Part shown: one piece after another, positions 50,316-64,000 of the stretch
Layout of the letters: each line of letters starts with the position of its first letter
Numbering within the stretch: position 1 is the stretch's first letter
Source: Paecilomyces variotii
Taxonomy: Eukaryota
Assembly: GCA_004022145.1 (NCBI GenBank)
Contig: RCNU01000002.1
DNA length: 64,000 nucleotides
Direction: 5' to 3' (one strand)
Notes under the pieces: generated by a model
Seen by the model: only the letters and a program-made list of their open reading frames with translations
Told to the model about the DNA's origin: nothing
The model's database searches: none
Position numbers and translations under genes: made by a program

Positions 50316-53040
50316 CTACCAATCCGTCTCACTCTCGCTGCCCGGATATGCCTTCTTCCTCAACTTCCACATGGTCTTTTTCTGGTTGGCGCTATCGCCC
50401 GGTCTCGAGGATCGCCTGGTATCTTCCACGACTGTCATCCATGGGACATTGCCTGCGCGTCGTACCCGTTCTCTTAGCAGCTGAGATACCTCTTTCTGTT
50501 TCCGCGCGTCTGTATGTGTCTTCTTTGATGCTGGTTGACCGGCCTTCGCTTTCCTTGCTGCTGCCACATTGGCCGAGTGACGGCGCTCTGCTGCTCGGGC
50601 GGCGTAATACTCCTCAGCGATTGCCCAGTCGGGATTATCCAATTGCCCGCGGACAAGGACGATGCCTTGGCTTGTCTCTAGCGCATCGCGTATGGTAGAA
50701 ATCGGGATGGGAGTGACGAGGTCTAGTTTGCGGGTTGAAGGGTGGATGCCCCGGACAAGAGCGAGGCCAAGGGAACGAGAATGTTTCGGGTTGAGTGGGG
50801 TACAGCTGCCAGATCCGATAAAGAGGTAGGGGAGATCCTCACGCTGAGTGCGAGTTATGAATGGCTGCAGAGATGATAGAAGCGTAGATTGTGACAAGGA
50901 CTTGTTGGCTGGAGAATCGGCCGCATCATCCATGTTAGTGTCGGGATCGATATCAGACTGTTCTTCCTCATCTTCCATTGCGTGTTCCGAAAGGTCAGCG
51001 TTGGCCGGAAGTCCAGCGATAGCGTTTTGATTCTCAACTGCAACAATAGATACGATGGAACCATCCAACAGATCATGGAGAAGCTCTGGGTTGTGATGTG
51101 CACCCATTACCATGACTCCTAATATCCCTTGCCGTGAACCGGCGTAGTCGACACTCAATGGCTGCATGCGGTTCAGAGGCGTATTATACCATACATGGCT
51201 CTGAATCTGGGCTGGTTGGTATCTGTGGAAATATGACTGCATCTGCATGGAACGCAGTTGTGCACTGGACCTCGTAACGTACTCGGTAGGCTGCGAAGGA
51301 AGTGTGATCATGTTGACCATAGCTTCACTGGCTGCCTGTGCGAGAGGCTCTGCAACCTCCGACGGTCCTTTCTCACTCATGTAAACAACATCTGATAGTC
51401 CAAGCGACTTGATAAGCCATGTGGCAACCTCCAAGCCCAGTCCGAAGATCCACCCTGGGAAATTGATGATCAAAGAGCATTGCGGATAATCTGCAAGTAG
51501 TCTCCTGTAACGATCCATAAGGTCCGTTGCTGCGAGTACGTAGTGGTCTGGGTCTTCTTTTGGTGAAGTGGCCCCGATATGATGAGAGCGAAGAATAGAC
51601 CCATCTTTCGATCCGTCCAGGGATGGATGGGAGAACGGGGGACCAAAGCACGGTGTACGTATATGGGCCAGATATACTTCCCCCATGGGTGAGAATTCCG
51701 GCTGTCCAGGATCAAGGTCCAAGAAAGCAACTCCATCAGTATTGCTGTAACCGTTTTCAGTCTGCGGTGCTGGACTGAGCAGGTGATTCAGTAGGTAACG
51801 GCTAAATGTCGACTTTCCCGAAGCCTTCGGGCCGCACACAAGCACTCTGAGCCCTCCGACCTTCTGAGACAGATGCTTTATAGCAGTGCTCCATTTCTTG
51901 TCGAGATGCAAAGGCCGTAGGTGCCGCCCCAAAGGGTCATCGGAAGAGGTGTAAAGCTGCAGAAGGGTTATTGAGAAATTCAGACTGGGTAGTTCTGTGG
52001 GGATGGCATTACTTACAACAGAGAATGTCCGTCGGGAATTCCCTTTCAAGGTCGCCTTATCAGCAGCCGTACTCTTGCTATTCCATATTCGCTGGTACAG
52101 AGGCGATAGGTCTTCAAGTCGGTATATGCCACTATGACACGAGCTGATCTCAACTTCCGCATAACCCTCGATTCCAGTGACGCACTTTATAACAGGAAGA
52201 GAGTGAGTAGATGGCGCATAAACCCTGTAGAGATTGGGCGACGGGTGCAATTTCGCACCCATCAAGCTGATCACGCCCCGTTTCACCCAAATATCGTACT
52301 GTCCCACGGCAACCAGATTCTAGTGTAGAGTAAGCGACTGATGCTTGTACCAATTGAATAGAGGACCAATTACCATCTTTTCTCTGATGCGAACACAGAG
52401 CCGATGCTCGTCAGCATAGACGATGCTAGACTTGTTCAGGCGTGTCTTCGAAAGAGGAAAGTTCTCGATTTCGGTTGCTACGTTCGTGGGAGATTCGTAA
52501 CTTGGAAGAAATTAGCTTCAGTGATCCAGTCTTTGGCAATTATACGAACCTCTCGTCATCCTCATTTTGCGCGAGGATCTCTTCATCAACGCCATCCGAC
52601 ATGCTGATATCTCCATTTCCCTCTTCCCATCGTGATTCATCCGCGCTGGGTTCGTCAGACCGTAGTTTTGACACCTGCGGCGCAGATTCCACGATAACAT
52701 CCTGCTTTCCTTCTGCAGAACTTTTCTTGTTCCTTCTTCTCCTATCGGGACGGGGCTTTGCGCTATCCGTCCATTTCTCATCTGTCGGAGGTGAAGGCTT
52801 CGTCCGTTTTGTCGGAGGCTCTTCCGTTGCTCGAGGATCTGGTGAAGGACTTATGGGTACAATGACCTGTTGCTGGGATTGCCTAGCTCTTCGCGCAGCA
52901 ATGGCACTGAGTGCGCTGACAGGAGCTGGAAATATTCACGTCAGTAAATGCTCTGCGCGGAGATAGAACTTCTTAGCGGGGCCACGAAACGAAAAAAGCA
53001 TCATACCAGCTGATTGCTGCTTCTCGGCCTTTCTCTTCAT
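50316..53040 (-). CDS. GRC3: Polynucleotide 5'-hydroxyl kinase Grc3/Nol9, 3 introns
   Basis: Walker A CGPKASGKST; LDLDPGQPEF; IINFPGWIFGLG; LGLALVRGI. Start MKRKAEKQQ. Confidence 0.9.
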
Positions 53041-53451
53041 TATCAGTGGCTGCGCCTTGTGACTGCTGTTCAATACAAATATCTGCAATCATAAAAAGCA
53101 CATTGCTGAGGCACACTGTCAAGCTCCAAATGCTTGGTGCAGCGGAGATCTAGTCTTCTCCGAAATATTCGAGCTGCGGGACTGATAAGTTGGTCCGTGC
53201 TTGGCGGAATCGAGAAAAAAGTTGCCCGCAATCAACCATCCAACGCCTTTATCGCACCCAGCAGGCTTCTGCTCATAGCAACATATCTCGTGGTCAGTGA
53301 ACCCGTGATTGTGAGCGCTAGCCCATCCGGAGAGGCTTTCTACCAGAATATTTACAGTTCTCAGAGAATTGGCATTCTACCAGCCTCCCGTATCTGGCGC
53401 TTACCAACTGCATCTTTCTGAGCCTACTCTATTATCGCACGCTAATCCAGC

Positions 53452-54548
53452 ATGGCGCGTCAGTCGAAGATTGATCCGCCCTCAGAGAGTGGCGATAGCT
53501 CCTCGAGCGGCTCGAGCGTTTCGGAGCAGACTGTGAAAAAGTCGAAGGTGCCGGAATCGCGGTCGGAGACGAAGACAAAGAGCAAAAAGCAGCAAAGTGA
53601 CTCCAGTTCCGATAGTGAAGGCAGTGATGGATCTAGTGGAAGTGAGTCGGAAAGTGAGGATGCTTCGTCGCAAAGTGGAACGTCGCAAAGTGGAACGGCG
53701 AGCGAGTCGTAAGAGCTCCATGGAAGGATGCGCGTTACTTTCTAATACTGACTGCTTGGAATAGCTCCTCAGAAGATGAATCTGATAGCCCGCGCGAAGC
53801 TTTCAGACCACCGCCTGGATTCAAGCCCGTCAAGTCTCAGCGCACTCCTTCCTCTGGTGTGAAGTCCATTCTTTCGGACCTCCGAGGCAAACAGATCTTC
53901 CATATCACAGCTCCCGCCTCTCTACCTCTTTCATCGATCAAGGAAGTGTCGCTCGCAAAGGTCTTGAGTGGAGAGCCCGTGCTGGAACACAGGGGTGTGC
54001 AGTACGGGATTCCAGCAGACAGCATCAATCAGCAAGATGCTGATCAGAAGATTCTGCTGGCCTACGACGAGAAGAGCCAGACCTACCACAGTACCTCCAT
54101 CGGAAACATCCAGAGCTATCACTTGCAGGAACTGGTTAGCCTGCCTAAGGGGACAGCTTACAACAAGGAGAAGCCAGATGCCAGCAAGCCTCCGCGACCA
54201 CAACCTAAGGACTTGAAAATGCGTTTCCGACCAGTCGGGAGCACGTACGGTCCCCCTGAGACGATAGGTACTAGCGATGAGGAGTCCGAAGGAGAACAGA
54301 CTTCGTTCAAGTTCCCCAAAGGATCCAAGGCCGAGCGGGAAGAGCGAAAGCGCAAGCACCAACAGACTGAAGGAGACGAGAAGACTGTGGAAGTGGCTCC
54401 TCGAAAGAAGTCGAAGAAGCATTCCTCTGAGGAGAATGGCAAGGCGGAGCCCTCGCAGGATGCTGCTGAGGGGCAGGGTCGTGATAAACCCAAGAAGTCG
54501 AAGCACAGTGAGGAGAAGAAGCGCAGGAAAGCGGAAAAGGCTGCATAG
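53452..54548 (+). CDS. RPA34: RNA polymerase I subunit RPA34.5, 1 intron
   Basis: S/D/E-rich N-terminus; KQIFHITAPASLPLSSIKEV; PRPQPKDLKMRFRPVG; Lys-rich tail. Confidence 0.82.
53666..53697 (+). repeat. Perfect 15-bp tandem duplication within RPA34 (SQSGT x2)
   Basis: cgtcgcaaagtggaa x2 followed by cg. Confidence 0.85.
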
Positions 54549-55131
54549 ATGTGGGCAATAGGCGTTTTGTGTGTGCTTTTTGACACGGATTTCCTTCTTT
54601 GACTTTGGCCTAGAAAAGTTCGTGGGATAGATGTATGTATGTAAACTGGTATATTTGTTGCAACAAGAGATAATCTCCCTGGATCGGCTGTGCCGCCAGG
54701 GAAGGGTATACTACGCATCACTCTCATCAATAGCTACTCCCACAACTTCCTGCACCACTAATGTAGGATTGGTAGCCTGTAGAAAATAGAGATAAATAAA
54801 ATATATAAACAATAAAGATATAAATAATGAATGATATATAGAGAACTGATCGTGATGCTCCGATGTCGTCCACCAGGTGCTCTCGCTAGCCGGAAACAGT
54901 CGCCAAGGCCGTCCGGTGTGGCCACGAGGGGCGAAGCGGCAGAAAAAAAAATAGATAGAGCGGCGTTTGAAATGTCCGCATCGGACGGCGATCCAGAAAA
55001 AAGGATCTGGGGCGGACTCACCTTTTTTCCCTCCTCGATTTAATCTAATCCTCTCTCCTTCACACCCTCATCCTGCGTGGAATTTGTCTCTGGATCTTCG
55101 ATTTGACTCAGAAGACATCTCTTCATACACA

Positions 55132-56775
55132 ATGGCCACCTACGCTCTGTCGTCGTCCCACCGGGACGTGAGTATACCCCGCTATCTCATCTCACGTCGA
55201 CAACTGCCATACTGACTCATGGACTGTAGCTCCTCGAGAAGTCTCTGGTCGAGACCGACCCTGAGATTGCTGCGATCATGGTATGTCCCATTTATTGCAA
55301 TGTTATCTGCCGTTCCAGGGCAGATATATATATAGATAAAATATCATTGCCAATGTTCTCGAGCTGACCACCCCGCTCCATGCAGGAAAAAGAGATCCAG
55401 CGTCAGCGCGAGTCGATTGTCCTGATTGCTTCCGAGAACGTCACCTCGCGCGCTGTCTTCGATGCTCTGGGCTCGCCTATGTCCAACAAATACTCTGAGG
55501 GTTACCCCGGTGCCCGTTACTACGGTGGTAACCAGCACATCGACTCCATCGAGCTCACCTGCCAGTCTCGTGCCCTGAAGGCTTTCAACCTGGACCCCGC
55601 CAAATGGGGTGTCAACGTCCAGTGTCTGAGTGGTAGCCCTGCCAACCTGCAGGTCTACCAGGCCCTGATGCGCCCCCATGACCGTCTGATGGGACTGGAT
55701 CTCCCTCACGGTGGCCATCTGAGCCACGGCTACCAGACTCCCCAGAAGAAGTATGTTTTGCCCTTTCTTTTCCAGGATATCGACGTGCCATGGTATTAAC
55801 ACCAGTATCAGGATCTCCGCTGTCTCTACCTACTTCGAGACCTTCCCCTACCGTGTTGACCTGGAGACTGGCATCATCGACTATGACACCCTCGAGGCCA
55901 ACGCCCAGCTCTACCGCCCCAAGTGCCTTGTTGCCGGTACCTCCGCCTACTGCCGTCTGATCGACTATGCGCGCATGCGCAAGATCGCCGATTCCGTCGG
56001 TGCCTACCTCATCGTCGACATGGCTCACATTTCCGGTCTGGTTGCCGCTGGTGTGATCCCATCGCCGTTCGAGTACGCTGATGTCGTGACCACCACCACT
56101 CACAAGTCGCTCCGTGGTCCTCGTGGTGCCATGATTTTCTTCCGCAAGGGTGTCCGCAGCACTGACCCCAAGACCGGTAAGGACATCATGTATGACCTTG
56201 AGGGTCCCATCAACTTCTCTGTGTTCCCCGGACACCAGGGTGGTCCTCACAACCACACTATCACTGCCCTTGCCGTGGCCCTCAAGCAGGCCGCCACTCC
56301 TGAGTTCCGCCAGTACCAGGAGCAGGTTGTCAAGAACGCCAAGGCCGTGGAGCTCGAGTTCAAGAGACTCGGCCACAAGCTCGTCTCCGACGGTACCGAC
56401 AGCCACATGGTCCTGCTGGACCTCCGCCCCAAGGGTCTGGATGGTGCTCGTGTCGAGGCTGTTCTTGAGCAGATCAACATCGCATGCAACAAGAACTCCA
56501 TCCCCGGTGACAAGTCCGCTCTGACCCCTTGCGGTCTCCGTGTCGGTACCCCTGCCATGACCAGCCGTGGTCTGGGTGAGGAGGACTTCAAGCGCGTGAC
56601 TCGCTACATCGACCAGGCCATCAACCTCTCCAAGGAGATCCAGGGCCAGCTGCCCAAGGAGGCCAACAAGCTCAAGGACTTCAAGGCCAAGGTTGCCTCG
56701 GATACCGTCCCGGAGATCCAGAACCTCCGCAAGGAGATCAGCGAGTGGGCTTCCACCTTCCCTCTGCCCGTCTAA
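55132..56775 (+). CDS. SHM2: Serine hydroxymethyltransferase, cytosolic, 3 introns
   Basis: [41 protein letters not shown] (PLP lysine). No presequence. Confidence 0.96.
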
Positions 56776-57433
56776 ATTGGAACTTGAGTCCAAGGAAACG
56801 GCGTCTATTTGTTTGATTTCATTTTTCCACTTTTATCTTTCAACATGGATTGCAAGCGCAAAAAAAGGTTCCGGGGAACGGGGTTAAAGAACAAAATAAC
56901 GATATCAAACAGGTCTGGCTTTTCAACCTAGCATGGGGTCATGGACTTGGATATGAGCATGAGTGCTGTGATGTCCTCTTCAACAAGTGATATTTTGATA
57001 TTTCAACATTCGACCAGGCGCTTGGATCGTGTAGTACGAAGGTTAATTCTTCGCCATTGAGCTCTTCTCTATTATATGGATCGCATCTATAGCCATTGGG
57101 CCAAAACATAGCTTCAAACCAAGAAGCACCATCTTCTTCATCTTTTTTCAGACTCTTGTTCAAAGTCTCTTCACGTTCCGCAGTATATCCATCATCAATT
57201 CATTGTAGGAAGGATGTGCTGCGCACCGGTGGACGGTGTGGTCTCCTGTAGAGCACAGTGCGGAGGTTCCTGCTTCCGGCGATAGAATCAATCTTGGTCG
57301 TGCACATCTTACCCAGAGGGACTGTCGCCCAGAGGGACTGTCACACGCGCATAACTCGAGCGATGTATAACCGCGGTGTGATCCTCCATAAAAGTAAACG
57401 TTGTTCTCGTACGCCTTTGACTGGCGTCTGTCT

Positions 57434-58063
57434 TCAAGTGACCATTTTCGTATCCTCAGCCTGGTCCCCGCCCGCAATCCTTCCAAACTCCCCGATGACT
57501 CTGCGCAGCCTGCTGATACGGTCCTCCAACTCCTCGATCTCCTGCGATTGATCCTCTACAGTGCGGTCGACATCTGGTAAGGCTTCGACGACTGTGCGAG
57601 CTTTCTGGATCCGGATCTTGATAGCACTGGCTGCCGTAGGGAGGTCTTTCACATCCAAGGGCGGCGGCGCATTGGGCCCCAGAGCAGCAGCCCCGGACGT
57701 CGAGGAGGCTCCTGAGATACCAGCGGTATGGTGCCGCTGCGATGATCCGTTGTTGGAGGTGCTTGTTCCCGCGCCGCCGAGGTTGGAGGGCTGCAGGTGT
57801 TGAGACTGGCCCGGACCAGAGGATGAGGGTCCTGCGCCAGACGCATCTCCGCCGTCTCCAACACCAGCGCCAGAGCTATCACTGCCCACCTGAGCTGCCA
57901 GCAACCGCAGAATCAGGGCATGAAGCTGTGGGAGAAAGTCGAAGTTCTGCGGAGACGGGAAAGGCACTGCGCCTGGAGAGGCTGCGGCGGTTGCGCTGGG
58001 GGTTTCGGGCGCGGACGAGCCTTTAGCCAGAGGCGTGCCGGAGACAGGAGATCGGGATGTCAT
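57434..58063 (-). CDS. MED9: Mediator subunit 9 (Cse2)
   Basis: FDFLPQLHALILRL...IKIRIQKARTVVEALPDVDRTVEDQSQEIEELE coiled coil. Confidence 0.82.
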   Translation of the reverse strand: MTSRSPVSGTPLAKGSSAPETPSATAAASPGAVPFPSPQNFDFLPQLHALILRLLAAQVGSDSSGAGVGDGGDASGAGPSSSGPGQSQHLQPSNLGGAGTSTSNNGSSQRHHTAGISGASSTSGAAALGPNAPPPLDVKDLPTAASAIKIRIQKARTVVEALPDVDRTVEDQSQEIEELEDRISRLRRVIGEFGRIAGGDQAEDTKMVT

Positions 58064-58497
58064 GAGAGCAACAATAATGATGATTAACCGTCCAGATGTG
58101 ATTGACAGCTGTTAATTAGCATTTAGCCAGGGCGACAGTCCGTCGATCCGTTAGGGTAAAGTCGGAAGAAGACAGGACGAACGAGGATGTCGGGCAAAAG
58201 CAAAGGAGCGCGTCTGACGTCGGATGATCGCGAGCGACCAAAAGTGTCACCGAGACTGACTGCCCCTCCTCTCTCGCCTCACCGGGGAGGGCCGTCTTTT
58301 TCTCTCCTGCGAACCTCCCACCACGCTTGTTGCAATAGTGTTTCCTCGTGGCTTCTGTGCTTGTTGAGCAGTCTGGATTCATCTGGTATCCTCTGAATAC
58401 ACCCTGGTAGCAGCAACACTTGTCAATTCCATTCGTCCCGTTTCCATCTATAGATATCTACTTCTTTTCATATCATAGGACCGTCTGATCCATCACC

Positions 58498-60248
58498 ATG
58501 GCCAAGGTCGACCACAAAGTCTGCCTGAGTATGTCTGGGCTTCTTGTCTTTTGAAACTATGATACGAACACCAGCTAATGCGTCTCTACTATTGCACAGT
58601 CGTCATCGATGGCTGGGGTGTTGCAGGCCCGAACTCCCCGCCCGAGGGCGATGCCATCGCCGCCGCAGAGACCCCGCACATGTCGGGCTTCGCAGAGGCC
58701 AACTCGAAGACTGCTCAGGGATATACCGAGCTGGATGCATCTTCTCTGGCAGTTGGATTGCCCGAGGGCCTCATGGGCAACAGTGAGGTCGGCCACTTGA
58801 ACATTGGTGCTGGCCGCGTCGTCTGGCAAGACAGTGTCCGCATTGACCAGACTCTAAGGAAGGGCGAGCTGAACAAGGTCGACAACATTGTCAAGTCATT
58901 CACCCGCGCCAAGGAGGGCAATGGCCGTCTGCACCTCCTCGGTCTCGTCTCGGACGGTGGTGTCCACTCGAAGCAGGACCACCTGTTCGGCCTGCTGAAG
59001 GTCGCCAAGGAGATTGGAGTGCCCAAGGTCTTCATCCACTTCTTTGGCGATGGCCGTGACACCGACCCCAAGAGCGCTACCAAGTACATGCAGACTCTGC
59101 TTGACCAGTTGAAGGAGATCGGCGTTGGTGAGCTGGCCACCGTTGTCGGTCGTTACTATGCTATGGACCGTGACAAGCGATGGGACCGCGTTGAGGTCGC
59201 CGTGAAGGGCATTGTCACCGGAGAGGGTGAAGATAGCACTGATCCTGTCAAGGCCATTGAGGACCGCTATGCTAAGGGTGAGAACGATGAGTTCCTGAAG
59301 CCCATCATCTTCGGTGGCAAGGAGAGGAGAGTCCAGGGTAGGTTGAGACAATTCCCCTTTCACGGATTCTGCTCAGACTGACGACAATGGATAGACGACG
59401 ACACCCTGTTCTTCTTCAACTACCGCTCCGACCGTGTTCGTGAGATCACCCAGCTTCTGGGAGACTACGACCGCTCTCCCACGCCCAACTTCCCTTACCC
59501 CAAGAACATCCACATCACCACCATGACCCAGTACAAGACTGACTACACTTTCCCCGTTGCCTTCCCTCCGCAGCACATGGGCAACGTGTTGGCCGAGTGG
59601 CTCGGTAAGAAGGATGTTAAGCAGTGCCACGTTGCTGAAACTGAGAAGTACGCCCACGTTACGTTCTTCTTCAACGGTGGTGTCGAGAAGCAGTTCCCTG
59701 GTGAGGAGCGTGATATGATTCCCTCTCCCCGCGTTGCCACCTACGACCTCGACCCCAAGATGAGCGCTGCCGGTGTTGGTGAGAAGATGGCCGAGCGTCT
59801 GAGCCAGGGCAAGTTCGAGTTCGTCATGAACAACTTCGCTCCTCCAGACATGGTTGGCCACACTGGTGTCTACGAGGCTGCTATCCAGGGTGTCGCTGCC
59901 ACGGACAAGGCCATCGGTGTCATCTACGAGGCCTGCAAGAAGAACGGCTATGTCCTCTTCATCACTGCGGATCACGGGTAAGTTATAGTTCCTTTACTAT
60001 CATTATACTGTTGAGTCCAGCTAACCTCCGGATGTAGTAACGCCGAAGAGATGCTCAACGAGCAGGGCAAGCCCAAGACCTCTCACACTACCAACAAGGT
60101 GCCCTTCATCCTGGCCAATGCCCCCGAGGGCTGGAGCCTCAAGAAGGAGAACGGTGTCTTGGGTGATGTCGCCCCAACTGTCCTTGCCGCCATGGGCATT
60201 GAGCAGCCCGAAGAGATGACCGGAAAGAGCCTTCTTGTCCGGGCATAG
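58498..60248 (+). CDS. pgmA: 2,3-bisphosphoglycerate-independent phosphoglycerate mutase, 3 introns
   Basis: VIDGWG, GLMGNSEVGHLNIGAGR, GRYYAMDRD, AETEKYAHVTFF, PDMVGHTG, TADHGN. Confidence 0.96.
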
Positions 60249-60926
60249 ATTCCCTTGCACATTTAATCTCGTACAGTTAAGGGGTTCTCAGCTCCGGTTC
60301 TATGACTGCTATTTGATACTATTTTGATGATGATAAACGAGGGATAATGGTGTACGTGAATTGCTACCAGGAAGTCTTTTTTTGGTGATGTCGGTGTTGA
60401 GTTGATTCCCTATACGCATGAGGAGTGAAATGACGGTGTAGAGTAGATGGGGGTGTTGTTTTTTACAGTGGGAAGGGATTGGCTAAAGAATTCTGCTCAA
60501 GTGCACACCAGCATCGGTGTATGAAAACAATTAACAACTTTTGTGTATATGTGCACATCGAGACAGCTGACTCCAGCTAGTAAAGTAAGGTCCTAAGTCT
60601 TTTTTGCTTGTAGTCAAACAGGCATATTTCATCGACATCGGGCTTCGACACAATCAGGAGAGCCAGTCATTCTGATTATTTTGTTTATATCCTCATGGGC
60701 TCAGTAGAATCCCCCTCTTTTCCCACATAATGAAGATAAACATTATTCGAATCAAGACTTCGGCCATGACCATTGACCACCAAGTTAACAGCAGATGGGT
60801 GAACGGCCAACAAGAAGTCCACCTTATACATAGGAACCAGACATTTGGTATCTTCCTTCAGATCCGCACGTGTCTCATCTCGTTGAATTAAACCAAGCCA
60901 TCATTGCAGTGGGTAGCGGACCTTTT

Positions 60927-61581
60927 TTATGACGCCGCAGCCGCGGCAGCCTGCTGCTGGATCTGAGACTGGAATTGGACGACCTGGAAGAAAGACGTGG
61001 TCAGCTTGATTCCGAATATACTCGCTTTAGAATGAGGGCTCTTGGAAATGCGTACCTCTGCGCGCTTCTTGTCGCTCTTGTCCTGAAGATCTTGGATCTG
61101 ATCCTCAATTCGCTTACTGTAGAAACGGCCTGCGTCAGTAGACTGCGTTCGAAGATTGCAAAGCAAAGCAAGCCTAGTGGACGTACATCTCCTTCTCGAT
61201 GAACTCTAGACGACCGTCCACTGCCATGGTGGCTTCGGTCTTGTCCTGCTTCAGGAGGACGGGCCCCACGAGCTTGTAGATATTTGCGTCCTCATCGAGG
61301 GAAGCGAATTCCTATATGCGCCGTTGGTGTCATGAACAATAACCGCAACTTGCGTGCTTCTCCTTATCCAAGAGCGGATCAATGCGCACCTTCTGTACAG
61401 CCTTGTTCTCCTGCTGCTGCGACTCGAGCTTGTGACGGGCCTCGATATTGGTCTCGAGCTCTGCGGGACGTCTTCGTTAGACCCTGACATCACAGGAAAT
61501 GCGCGCGGGGAGAGACCTACCTGTCTGCAGCTTCTGGTACTCGTCCGATAGCGCCTGCAGCTGCTTCTGGACGTCCGCCAT
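60927..61581 (-). CDS. YKE2: Prefoldin subunit 6, 4 introns
   Basis: MADVQKQLQALSDEYQKLQ...KLESQQQENKAVQKEF...IYKLVGPVLLKQD...RLEFIEKEI. Confidence 0.9.
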
Positions 61582-61985
61582 GATCGCTAACTGGTGCAGT
61601 TGAGGGGGATGTTGCTCTTGGAGCACGAAGGTCTGGGCTGTTGGATCGCTACTCTACTTAGCGGGGCGACGCCGACTTCTCCCCACGATAACTTATCGAG
61701 CTCGGCCCTGCAGAAACAACAACCGTTAACGACCACAACATAGACCTCATCCTCGCGCCGTCCTGCCATTCTGTCTTCCTTAGGACGTCATTTTACGACA
61801 GAGTCATTCCATTAATCTTCCTTTGTTTATCTACCTCCTATCTCTTCCTCTCGCGTGCCCCCATTTGACTCGCCGCCGAAGACCAACCCTTGCGACGACT
61901 TGAACCGCGGTGAGGCGGTCACGATAATTCTCGTCTTTTCTACATAGCGACGACCTTTCTAGCATTTACGGAACGAGTTTTCGCC

Positions 61986-63510
<1,525 letters not shown>

Positions 63511-64000
63511 GGTGCCTATCGGAGAATTAACATAATGTTGCCATTCTTATTTTGTTCCCTTCCTTTCCATTTTCTCTCGAAAGTCAATCAAGGTAGAAAG
63601 CAAGACTACAGAGGTGACCATTGGCCTGGGTGATTGATCTGGTTTCAGGTGGGGAGAGCAGGTCATGGGGAGCTCATTTTCTCTATCATTTGGCTCGTTA
63701 ACAATGGGAGCTCCAATTTCGAGGTACCACCTTTATTTGTCTCTTTGGTATACTCTTCACCATACCGCGCGGTGTTCACAAGCGTTGAAACTCAGGTTGG
63801 GCGTTTTTTTCTCTTCTTCGATTCTTGAGTTCATGAATATAAGTAACGTCTGGATTCGCGTCCTCTTTTCATTTTTTCTTTACATTTCTTGGTTCCCATA
63901 TTTTCTGTTCATGGGTAGAACCAACTGATCTCACTTCTTCAACTGGTTAAATGGGCGCAGACAAATAAAAGAAAAACTATGATCATTGCAGATGAAAAAT

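Noticed and set aside
55612-56793. 393-aa ORF antisense to SHMT, and similar ORFs opposite NOP56, SSZ1 and PGM
   Set aside because: Codon-aligned antisense shadows of highly expressed genes; no independent motifs.
60240-60270. Cryptic peroxisomal isoform of PGM by stop readthrough
   Set aside because: The stop is TAG ATT, not TGA CTA, and the extension (IPLHI) has no PTS1.

Overview
Eukaryotic (fungal) genomic DNA, most consistent with a Eurotiales mould (Aspergillus/Penicillium-like). Introns are short GT-AG type with CTRAY branch points and genes are densely packed. Positions 1-8900 are a gene-poor, regulatory-looking block with no recognisable CDS. From 8904 onward there are about 24 mostly housekeeping genes, often as divergent pairs: mitochondrial AsnRS, a PB1-RRM-UBA protein, Sas2-like MYST HAT, CCT6, NOP56, a conserved hypothetical, COX20, POL2, a CaM kinase, SSZ1, SUR7, RAV2/Rogdi, a metallophosphoesterase, RSM22, SPC19, ATP18, MRP2, Arb2, GRC3, RPA34, SHMT, MED9, cofactor-independent PGM, prefoldin-6 and VPS4. 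The most unusual item is a ~1.9 kb island between SSZ1 and SUR7. It holds a disabled PD-(D/E)xK (HsdR-N/RecB-like) nuclease gene bracketed by a degenerate ~100 bp direct repeat whose mismatches are mostly RIP-type CpA/TpA changes. Also notable are a p62/NBR1-like architecture carrying an RRM, and an ATP18 lacking the usual NDPRNP motif. All product calls come from motif recognition by eye; no database search was run. Intron positions were inferred from splice consensus and reading-frame continuity.
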